Shown one piece after another: positions 9,337 through 15,618 of a stretch of 36,757 nucleotides of DNA; the stretch's first letter is position 1; each line of letters starts with the position of its first letter. The DNA comes from Candidatus Liptonbacteria bacterium. Lineage in GTDB: Bacteria > Patescibacteriota > Minisyncoccia > UBA6257 > 2-01-FULL-56-20. Both the position numbers and the translations under genes were made by a program. The notes under the pieces were generated by a model that had not been told where the DNA came from, ran no database searches, and saw nothing but the letters and a program-made list of their open reading frames with translations. The stretch covers positions 1 to 36,757 of the forward strand of contig JAZDLT010000020.1 in the NCBI GenBank assembly GCA_043801735.1. The letters are read 5' to 3'.

Positions 9337-9352
9337 CTCCGCCGACTGGCGG
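9337..9352. repeat. GC-rich hairpin repeat TCCGCC-GACT-GGCGGA
   Basis: Perfect 6-bp stem flanked by ATTAG on both sides. Same unit as at 20721-20736 and 33202-33217. Confidence 0.7.
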
Positions 9353-9357
9353 AATTA

Positions 9358-9840
9358 GTGAGCACCCCAATGAACTTAAATAAAGTTTTTATCATAGGTA
9401 GAGTGACGGCAGACCCGCAGTTACGCAACACGCCCGCGGGAGCATCGGTTACAACCTTCGGGGTGGCGACCAATCGGGTCTGGCAGGGAAAGAACGGTCA
9501 GAAACAGGAAGAGGCGGAGTTCCACTCCGTAGTGGCTTGGGGTCGCCAAGCGGAGATTGCCAGTCAATTTTTGGTAAAAGGCGCGTTGGTTTATGTGGAG
9601 GGTCGTTTGCGCACTCGCACTTGGCAAGATAAGCAAGGCCAGAATCATAAGGTTACGGAAACAATCTGCGAAAGATTGCAGCTTGGTCCGCGCGCGGGCG
9701 GGGGAGCGGCTCCGATGGGAAATCCCGCCGCTGCATCCGCCAAAGAGAATAAAGCGGAAGACGTGCAGTCCGCGCCGCCAGAAGAGATTCCGATAATCGA
9801 TCTGGAGGATGACATTAAGCCAGAGGATTTACCATTCTAA
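9358..9840 (+). CDS. ssb: Single-stranded DNA-binding protein
   Basis: OB-fold core NKVFIIGRVTADPQLRNTPAGASVTTFGVATNR...EFHSVVAWGRQAE...VYVEGRLRTRTW and an acidic C-terminal tip EDLPF. The start may be ATG at 9367 rather than GTG at 9358. Confidence 0.93.
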   Translation: MSTPMNLNKVFIIGRVTADPQLRNTPAGASVTTFGVATNRVWQGKNGQKQEEAEFHSVVAWGRQAEIASQFLVKGALVYVEGRLRTRTWQDKQGQNHKVTETICERLQLGPRAGGGAAPMGNPAAASAKENKAEDVQSAPPEEIPIIDLEDDIKPEDLPF

Positions 9841-9875
9841 TAAATAATTCATAATTAATAATTAATTATCCAACC

Positions 9876-10076
9876 ATGGTCCAGTGCTTCTTCTGCTCCC
9901 AAAACCTGAAAGATATAGATTATAAAGAAGTATCCCTACTGAAGCGTTTCGTTTCCGGTCAGGCCAAAATTATAGACCCCAAACACACCGGTATTTGTGC
10001 CGGCCACCAGCGCAAGCTTGCCCAAGCGATTAAGCGCGCGCGCTTTATGGGATTTTTGCCGTACGTCAAGAAATAA
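9876..10076 (+). CDS. rpsR: 30S ribosomal protein S18
   Basis: 66 aa. Contains IDYKEVSLLKRFVSGQAKI...TGICAGHQRKLAQAIKRARFMGFLPY, typical of S18. Gene order is rpsF-ssb-rpsR. Confidence 0.93.
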   Translation: MVQCFFCSQNLKDIDYKEVSLLKRFVSGQAKIIDPKHTGICAGHQRKLAQAIKRARFMGFLPYVKK

Positions 10077-10085
10077 AATAAAAAA

Positions 10086-10643
10086 ATGGCGACAGCGAAC
10101 GAGTCGCTTTTCCGGATTTTGTTCGGTCTTTCCCATCAGAATTTTCTTCTGGACGGCCTTTTTGTGTTTTTGGGACAATATCTGCCTTATTTTATGGTTT
10201 TACTGGCGCTCGGCTGGATATATTCTTTCGGGAGCAAGCGGGAGCGTTGGTTTGTATTTTTTGAACTTGCCCTCATTCTTATTTTGAGCAGAGGAATTAT
10301 CACGGAATCTTTTCAGTTTTTCTATAAGCACCTCCGCCCTATGGACGTGTTGGGCGTGGATGCCCTCCTTGCCGAAGGCGGTAACTCTTTTCCTTCCGGC
10401 CACGCTTCTTTTATGTTCGCGCTCTCGGGTGGACTTTTAATGTATTCTTGGCGTTGGGGGTTTACCTATTTGACCCTTTCTTTAGTGAACGGTATCGCGC
10501 GTATAGTCGCGGGGGTGCACTGGCCGCTGGATATTTTGGGCGGTATCGTGGTCGGCCTCTTGAGTGCGGCTTTAATACACTTTCTGCTTGGAAAACACTA
10601 TCCTTCGGAGAAACAAGCGGAGGAGCCGCCCGGAATCACGTAA
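10086..10643 (+). CDS. PAP2-family membrane phosphatase (undecaprenyl-diphosphatase/BcrC-like)
   Basis: PAP2 motifs KHLRP, PSGHAS and ARIVAGVHWPLD. Several transmembrane spans. Confidence 0.8.
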   Translation: MATANESLFRILFGLSHQNFLLDGLFVFLGQYLPYFMVLLALGWIYSFGSKRERWFVFFELALILILSRGIITESFQFFYKHLRPMDVLGVDALLAEGGNSFPSGHASFMFALSGGLLMYSWRWGFTYLTLSLVNGIARIVAGVHWPLDILGGIVVGLLSAALIHFLLGKHYPSEKQAEEPPGIT

Positions 10644-10646
10644 ATC

Positions 10647-10668
10647 AAAAACCCCGCAAGGGGTTTTT
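10647..10668 (+). terminator. Rho-independent terminator after the PAP2 gene
   Basis: AAAAACCCC-GCAA-GGGGTTTTT: perfect 9-bp stem with a T run. Confidence 0.8.
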
Positions 10669-10760
10669 GATAAGTATGGTTGGGCGGACTTTGCTATATG
10701 CTTAGAGTCGGGCACCCCGAAGATTGTTTTTTATCGAATCGCCCTTTGCGGGTTTGTGAC

Positions 10761-10769
10761 TGTGGATAA
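10761..10769 (-). promoter_or_regulatory. Perfect DnaA-box 9-mer (TGTGGATAA on the plus strand) upstream of the lexA-methylase promoter
   Basis: Exact reverse complement of TTATCCACA. It ends 9 nt upstream of the predicted -35. Confidence 0.45.
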
Positions 10770-10777
10770 CCAGCCCT

Positions 10778-10805
10778 TTTACACTTTCGATTTATTTTCT
10801 ATAAT
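10778..10805 (+). promoter_or_regulatory. Promoter of the LexA-methyltransferase gene, leaderless geometry
   Basis: TTTACA (10778-10783), 16-nt spacer, TATAAT (10800-10805). Only 6 nt separate the -10 from the ATG at 10812, and there is no Shine-Dalgarno sequence. Confidence 0.5.
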
Positions 10806-10811
10806 ATCGCT

Positions 10812-12242
10812 ATGATAACAAAAAGGCAAAAACAAACCCTGGATTTTATAACCGATTATCAGAAGCGGAGAGGATATGCCCCCTCTCTTGATGAGATACG
10901 CAAGAAATTAAAACTCTCATCTGTTTCAACGGCTCACTTTCATGTCTCTAAGCTGCGCGACTTGGGATTTTTATCAAAAGAGGAAAACAAACCGCGTTCG
11001 ATTGAGGCGTTTGGCCGTGAGACGATGGTACAAATTCCGCTTTTAGGAACTATCGCCGCTGGTCAACCGATAGAGGCGATACAGAACAAAGAAATGATAG
11101 CTGTTCCCAAAAGTAAAATTCCTTCTTCGACGGAGGTGTATGCCCTCCGCGTGGTTGGCAATAGCATGATTGATGAGAATATCAACGACGGAGATGTGGT
11201 TTTGGTGCGCCAACAAGAAACGGCCGAGAATGGGCAAAAAGTTGTGGCTCTTATTGATAACCACGAGGCAACCTTAAAAAAATTCTATAAAGAGAGAGGG
11301 CAGATCCGCCTACAACCTGCGAACAAAAGCATGGAACCAATTATTTTCAGAAACGGACGAGATGTTTCTATACAGGGAATAGTGCTTGATGTCATTCGCG
11401 AAGAAAGGGCTGCGGATATCCAGTTGCCAGAGCCCAGAGGGCAAGAAAAATATAAGGAACTGCCCGTTAATAAAATTATTTGTGGAGATGCGATAGAAGT
11501 AATGAAGAAATTTCCGCCAAATTCAGTTGATATTGTAGTTACCTCTCCACCTTATGATGCCGTTCGTGATTATAAGGGATTTTCCCTTGATTTACATTCG
11601 GCGGGAAAAGAAATATATCGTGTCCTCAAAGATGGTGGAGTAGCTGTTATGGTAATTCAAGATCAGACAAAAAACTTTGGTAAATCGTTAACTTCCTTCC
11701 GTACGATTACAGATTGGTGTGATAGTTTCGGATTCAAGCTTTTTGAGACGGTTATTTATCGCAAGTATGGCGCGGAGGGCGCATGGTGGAATAAACGTTT
11801 CCGCGTAGACCATGAATATATACCAATTTTTCTGAAAGGCGAGAGGCCGCAATATTTCAATAAAGAGCGTCTAAAAATTCCGTCTAAACATGGTGGAAAA
11901 ACAATGACGGGGGGCGGTACTCGGCTTACGAACGGCGTTCGAATAGCAACTCGCTCAATCAAAATAAACCCAATGAAGTGTAGGGGGACGATCTGGGAGT
12001 ATCTTACGGCGGGCGATGGAAGTCGCCTTAAGCACCAGCATCCCGCAACCTTCCCGAATCAGCTCCCGTATGATTTTATTGGTTGTTTTGCGCCAAAAAA
12101 CGGGATAGTGCTCGATCCTTTTGTCGGAAGTGGCACAACGACTGTCGCAGCAAAGAATCTTGGATACAAATATATTGGCATTGATATCGCACCCGAATAT
12201 TGCGAAATAGCAAGGAAAAGAATACAAGAGGAAACAAAATAG
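10812..12242 (+). CDS. LexA repressor (wHTH + S24 peptidase) fused to a beta-class N4/N6 DNA methyltransferase (SPPY, predicted m4C)
   Basis: aa 1-197 form a complete LexA: the wHTH RQKQTLDFITDYQKRRGYAPSLDEIRKKL, cleavage site IAAG (Ala83-Gly84), nucleophile GNSM (Ser118) and general base ATLKK (Lys156). aa ~216-476 form a PF01555-like methylase, with motif IV DIVVTSPPY (nt 11544-11555) preceding HPATFP and motif I LDPFVGSGTT. One ORF, with no stop in the linker of about 20 aa. Confidence 0.85.
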   Translation: MITKRQKQTLDFITDYQKRRGYAPSLDEIRKKLKLSSVSTAHFHVSKLRDLGFLSKEENKPRSIEAFGRETMVQIPLLGTIAAGQPIEAIQNKEMIAVPKSKIPSSTEVYALRVVGNSMIDENINDGDVVLVRQQETAENGQKVVALIDNHEATLKKFYKERGQIRLQPANKSMEPIIFRNGRDVSIQGIVLDVIREERAADIQLPEPRGQEKYKELPVNKIICGDAIEVMKKFPPNSVDIVVTSPPYDAVRDYKGFSLDLHSAGKEIYRVLKDGGVAVMVIQDQTKNFGKSLTSFRTITDWCDSFGFKLFETVIYRKYGAEGAWWNKRFRVDHEYIPIFLKGERPQYFNKERLKIPSKHGGKTMTGGGTRLTNGVRIATRSIKINPMKCRGTIWEYLTAGDGSRLKHQHPATFPNQLPYDFIGCFAPKNGIVLDPFVGSGTTTVAAKNLGYKYIGIDIAPEYCEIARKRIQEETK

Positions 12243-12252
12243 CCCAGAACGG
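12242..12252. repeat. Left copy of the 11-bp direct repeat GCCCAGAACGG
   Basis: Exact copy of 13231-13241. It starts at the last base of the methylase stop codon. Confidence 0.8.
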
Positions 12253-12261
12253 TAAATTAAT

Positions 12262-13200
12262 TTAGGATAATCTATCTGGTGTCTCTAGTGTGTATTGGAT
12301 TACGGCGCCCTCTGTCATTGCTAAAGAAAGGGGCTGCTTATTCCATATCTCTAAAAATTTCATATTACCTCGACTACCTCTGTTCTGGCCATAAATTTCC
12401 TTAGTAAACTTGTGTTGCTTTAAGTTCTCTAAATTCCAGTTTTCTGATTTAAGTTCCCATCCCGTGAGATCACTAATTAAAGATAGGGTTTCTGTTAAAA
12501 CACCCCCATTAAATTTAAAAAGGTCTATATGTCCATAATAAGTCGGATTGATGGACTTCAATTTAGCTATAAAAGAATCTATCTCTTGTATGAGATCTAT
12601 GACAGATATGTTCTTCAGCTTTACCCACCAATCTGCTTCTGCTCCATGGTGCAAATAATCGAACCAATCTAAAACGTTGCCAGTATACTTGAAAAGAATT
12701 TTCCATACGCCGTCCGCAAAAAATATAGGAGCCAATCCTTGTGTCCTTACAGAAATCTTTCCCGGAGAGTAATTCTCGAGAATGTACATTAAAAAATGAA
12801 TGGCACCAAGTGGGTATTTTCTTGCCAACGTACTTCTCTGTCTGTCAAACCCTCTTATGTAATTTGGATTTATGCAGTCAGACATTTTTTTGTGATAGTC
12901 AATCGGAGGGGTATTGAGCATGTGAATATTCATGTGGTGTCCTACGGAGCGTACCCCCTCCCGCAGAATCTCCATATCTAGAAAAATACACTTTCTAGCC
13001 GAAATGCCGGGCACGATTAACAAAGACTTCCCATCATAAAATCCTTTTATCTGCCAATTGAGATATTGGCTCATAAAAAGACCACACAATAAACCATCCA
13101 CGTCTGGACTTAATATGCAATTTTGTCCAGGATCTATTATCCAAGGATATTTTTTGAGTAGGACAGCATAATCAATTGTTAACGAGGAGGGATGTGACAT
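12262..13200 (-). CDS. Hypothetical 312-aa protein; candidate partner (nuclease/effector) of the LexA-methylase
   Basis: Clean ORF, and the most AT-rich gene in the window by my line-by-line counts (roughly mid-30s to low-40s % GC versus about 50-55% nearby). Convergent with the methylase, 19 nt apart. Weak ordered motifs reminiscent of DHH phosphoesterases (SPDVDG, FLDME, GHH). No family is recognised with confidence. Confidence 0.6.
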   Translation of the reverse strand: MSHPSSLTIDYAVLLKKYPWIIDPGQNCILSPDVDGLLCGLFMSQYLNWQIKGFYDGKSLLIVPGISARKCIFLDMEILREGVRSVGHHMNIHMLNTPPIDYHKKMSDCINPNYIRGFDRQRSTLARKYPLGAIHFLMYILENYSPGKISVRTQGLAPIFFADGVWKILFKYTGNVLDWFDYLHHGAEADWWVKLKNISVIDLIQEIDSFIAKLKSINPTYYGHIDLFKFNGGVLTETLSLISDLTGWELKSENWNLENLKQHKFTKEIYGQNRGSRGNMKFLEIWNKQPLSLAMTEGAVIQYTLETPDRLS

Positions 13201-13230
13201 TTATTGACTTAAATAGAATTTATTCATGGT

Positions 13231-13241
13231 GCCCAGAACGG
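13231..13241. repeat. Right copy of the 11-bp direct repeat GCCCAGAACGG
   Basis: Exact copy of 12242-12252. It lies in TGGTGCCCAGAACGGAACC, which loosely resembles the tRNA-Leu 3' end TGCCCAGGGCCGGAATCGAACC at 13437. Confidence 0.8.
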
Positions 13242-13400
13242 AACCTCCTCCTTCACTAAAGCTACGGATGGACTAGGAGCCGGTAGGTTTGTGCCGCGGG
13301 AGGGAGTCCCCTCCAGAGGCGGGCAAGGAACCCTCATGACCTTGCGATCGCGGGATTTTGCCTGTCCGCCAAAGCTTTGGCGTCGGCGGAAGTCCCGTGC

Positions 13401-13418
13401 GCCCGCCTGTCGGCGGGC
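13401..13418. repeat. GC-rich hairpin GCCCGCC-TGTC-GGCGGGC
   Basis: Perfect 7-bp stem, 19 nt downstream of the tRNA-Leu 3' end. Neighbouring palindromes are CGCCAAAGCTTTGGCG (13367-13382) and GGAGGG-AGTC-CCCTCC (13299-13314). Confidence 0.7.
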
Positions 13419-13436
13419 AGGTCTGCCAATAAAATG

Positions 13437-13518
13437 TGCCCAGGGCCGGAATCGAACCGGCATGGGTTTCCCCACACGATTTTGAGTCGTGCGCGTCTAC
13501 CAATTCCGCCACCCGGGC
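13437..13518 (-). tRNA. tRNA-Leu (anticodon CAA), CCA not encoded
   Basis: Cloverleaf folded by hand: acceptor GCCCGGG/CCTGGGC; D arm GCGGAATTGGTAGACGC; anticodon stem CACGA/TCGTG with loop CTCAAAA; long variable arm; T arm GCCGG-TTCGATT-CCGGC; discriminator A. Confidence 0.92.
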
Positions 13519-13591
13519 AGGGTGAGGTATCTTGCTAGTTTTCAACTGATTGTCCGTATCTTTCGATGCGCACGACTGTCGTGCACGCCTG

Positions 13592-13607
13592 CCTGCCGGT
13601 AGGCAGG
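13592..13607. repeat. GC-rich hairpin CCTGCC-GGTA-GGCAGG
   Basis: Perfect 6-bp stem. A related unit, CCTGCCTGCTGGTCGGCATGG, is inserted at 30817-30837. Confidence 0.7.
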
Positions 13608-13766
13608 TCTACCTCCAGCGTCCGGGCATATCAAGTTACCGTCCTATTTAACCCTTTTTTACCCCTGAGATCAAGGTCATTTCTTTGCGTTAGGGCCCAT
13701 TAATTTATACAATTACAGCAATGGTCAGCGTAATCTCTGGACCAGCTCGGGATAATCAATGAACTT

Positions 13767-14567
13767 ATGGCAAGAGTAATAGGCATCTGCAATCAGAAGG
13801 GGGGAGTGGGCAAGACCACCACCGCGGTCAACTTGGGCGCCTATGTCGCGCTGCAGGGTAGGCGCGTGCTTCTGGTGGATTTCGATCCACAAGCAAACGC
13901 AAGCTCCGCCCTGGGTCATGATCCGCGTTCGGACACCCCCAGTGTTTATCACGGCATTTTGGAACAGGGTGAGCCCTGGGAGCTGGTTCGCCCCTCCGCG
14001 CTTTATAACTTTCACTACATTCCCTCCGCGCCGCATCTCGCGGGCGCGTTGGTGGAGTTGGTAAATATTCCCAAAAGAGAAGGACTGTTGCGCCGTTTCC
14101 TGAATCATCTGCGCCATGGTTACGAATATATTTTTATAGATTTGCCGCCCAGCTTGAGTTTACTTACCGTAAACGGGCTTGTGGCAAGCGACGAGATTCT
14201 TATTCCCGTTCAGGCGGAATACTACAGCTTGGAAGGACTGGGACAGTTGCTCGAAACGGTGAATCTTATCCGTGCCAATCTCGGACACAACTTGGAAGTG
14301 GCGGGCGCGCTTCTTACCATGTATGACGGCAGGGAGCAGCTGAATCGGGAGGTTGCCCACGATCTTCGCGCTCATTTTCCATACCCGGTTTTCGAAACCG
14401 AGATTCCACGCAGCATTGCGTTGGCGGAGGCGCCCAGTTTCAACAAGCCGGTGGTTTTACATCGCCCGGATTCCGCCGGCGCGGAGGCATACCACCGCTT
14501 GGCGCTGGAAATTACCCGCCAGAAAAAACCTACAGGCGAGAAAGAGGCGGGCAACTTTAATGTATAA
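13767..14567 (+). CDS. parA: Chromosome partitioning ATPase ParA/Soj
   Basis: Deviant Walker A KGGVGKTTTAVNLG and the DFDPQ motif. Followed by parB with an 8-nt overlap. Confidence 0.93.
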   Translation: MARVIGICNQKGGVGKTTTAVNLGAYVALQGRRVLLVDFDPQANASSALGHDPRSDTPSVYHGILEQGEPWELVRPSALYNFHYIPSAPHLAGALVELVNIPKREGLLRRFLNHLRHGYEYIFIDLPPSLSLLTVNGLVASDEILIPVQAEYYSLEGLGQLLETVNLIRANLGHNLEVAGALLTMYDGREQLNREVAHDLRAHFPYPVFETEIPRSIALAEAPSFNKPVVLHRPDSAGAEAYHRLALEITRQKKPTGEKEAGNFNV

Positions 14568-15618
14568 CGACGATCGGGACAATTCCTTGAGCAGCAGCTC
14601 CCATGATTCCGGTCTGGGTAGGGGCTTGGAGTCGCTTATCCCCAGCCAGAACTCTCCCGTTCCGGATCCTGCTTCCGGAATATCGCCACTTACCCATTCG
14701 GCGCAGGATGTTCCCGTTGCCGCGGAGGAAGAACCGCTGGACGAAAAAAAGAATTGGGCGTGGGAGGCGGCTAAGAAAAACAAAGAAAGATTACAGGCCT
14801 CGCGCATAGAAGATGCTATCTTTCATGTGGAGGTAAATAGGGTTTTCCCGAATCCGGAACAACCCCGGCGTAACTTTGACCCGGAGGCACTCAAGGAATT
14901 GGCGGCCTCTATCCGTGAATTCGGCTTGCTTCAACCAATCGTGGTTACCAAGGTGGAGCACGAAACCGCTGGAGGAACGCAGGTGGAGTATCAGCTCATT
15001 TCCGGCGAACGCCGCCTACAGGCGGTGAAATTATTGGGACTTGAAACGATTCCGGCCATCATCCGTAACATCAAATTTGAAAAAGAACGCTTGGAACTTG
15101 CGATTATAGAAAACATCCAGCGTGAGGATTTGAATCCCATTGAGATGGCACGCGCCTTCGCGCGACTGCAGGACGAGTTCCGCATGACCCAGCGCGAGGT
15201 AGCCGCCCGGTTGGGCAAAAGCCGGGAGGCGGTCGCAAACACCATGCGCCTCCTTGATCTGCCCGCTCATATTCGGGAGGCCATCGAGAAAAATCAAATC
15301 AGCGAAAGCCACGGCCGCCTATTGCTCTCGGTGGATAATCCATCTGCGCAGGAACGCCTCTTTCAGGACTTGCTGACGCAGGGCATGACCACCCGCGAAC
15401 TCAAAAACAAGGTCCGCGCGGCCTCTGTGCCCAAACACTACGAGCGCCATTCTTTGCCCGCGGAAATAAAAATCATCCAAGAACGTTTGAGTTCCGAGCT
15501 GGGCGCGCCGGTGGAAATAGACGCAAAGGGGGAGGGCGCGGGCCGGATAACCATCAACTTCTTCTCGGAAGAAGAATTACGGCAGATATTGGAAAAAATC
15601 GCGGGCGCGGAGGACTAA
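14560..15618 (+). CDS. parB: Chromosome partitioning protein ParB/Spo0J
   Basis: GLGRGLESLIP, ParB box LISGERRLQAV, and an HTH region MTQREVAARLGKSREAVANTMRLL. The preferred start, ATG at 14560, overlaps the parA stop (ATGTATAA). The ORF-track start at 14353 lies inside parA. Confidence 0.9.
   Translation: MYNDDRDNSLSSSSHDSGLGRGLESLIPSQNSPVPDPASGISPLTHSAQDVPVAAEEEPLDEKKNWAWEAAKKNKERLQASRIEDAIFHVEVNRVFPNPEQPRRNFDPEALKELAASIREFGLLQPIVVTKVEHETAGGTQVEYQLISGERRLQAVKLLGLETIPAIIRNIKFEKERLELAIIENIQREDLNPIEMARAFARLQDEFRMTQREVAARLGKSREAVANTMRLLDLPAHIREAIEKNQISESHGRLLLSVDNPSAQERLFQDLLTQGMTTRELKNKVRAASVPKHYERHSLPAEIKIIQERLSSELGAPVEIDAKGEGAGRITINFFSEEELRQILEKIAGAED

Noticed and set aside
10690-10811. A recognisable LexA operator (SOS box) in the lexA-methylase promoter
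   Set aside because: No CGAAC-N4-GTTCG, CTGT-N8-ACAG or GTTC-N7-GTTC type palindrome is present. Only weak 4-bp symmetries (GGTT...AACC, CGAT...ATCG) occur, and these are not reportable.
11400-11460. Possibility that the methylase is translated separately from an internal TTG (nt ~11421) after an AAAGGG SD-like sequence
   Set aside because: The spacing to the SD-like sequence is about 14 nt, which is long. More importantly, there is no stop codon ending the LexA frame, so the fusion product is still predicted. An additional internal start cannot be excluded, but it is not needed.
13228-13310. Possible second tRNA on the minus strand ending in ...GGTTCCGTTCTGGGCACCA
   Set aside because: The 3' end looks like T-arm + acceptor + CCA. 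However, no 5' acceptor strand complementary to TCTGGGC exists upstream, and the putative T-loop is not foldable. It is better explained as a degenerate tRNA-end/att-like fragment containing the 11-bp repeat.
13224-13545. ORF-track entries 13224..13475(-), 13273..13545(-) and 13291..13485(+), which encode Arg/Pro/Gly-rich peptides
   Set aside because: They read straight through the tRNA-Leu gene and the GC-rich hairpin repeats. Their composition (GRPARRQAG and similar) is what those palindromes translate to. They are not credible genes.
14353-14559. N-terminal 69-aa extension of parB given in the ORF track
   Set aside because: It lies entirely inside parA in another frame and is Arg/Trp-rich nonsense. 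The canonical ParB N-terminus begins at ATG 14560, which overlaps the parA stop.
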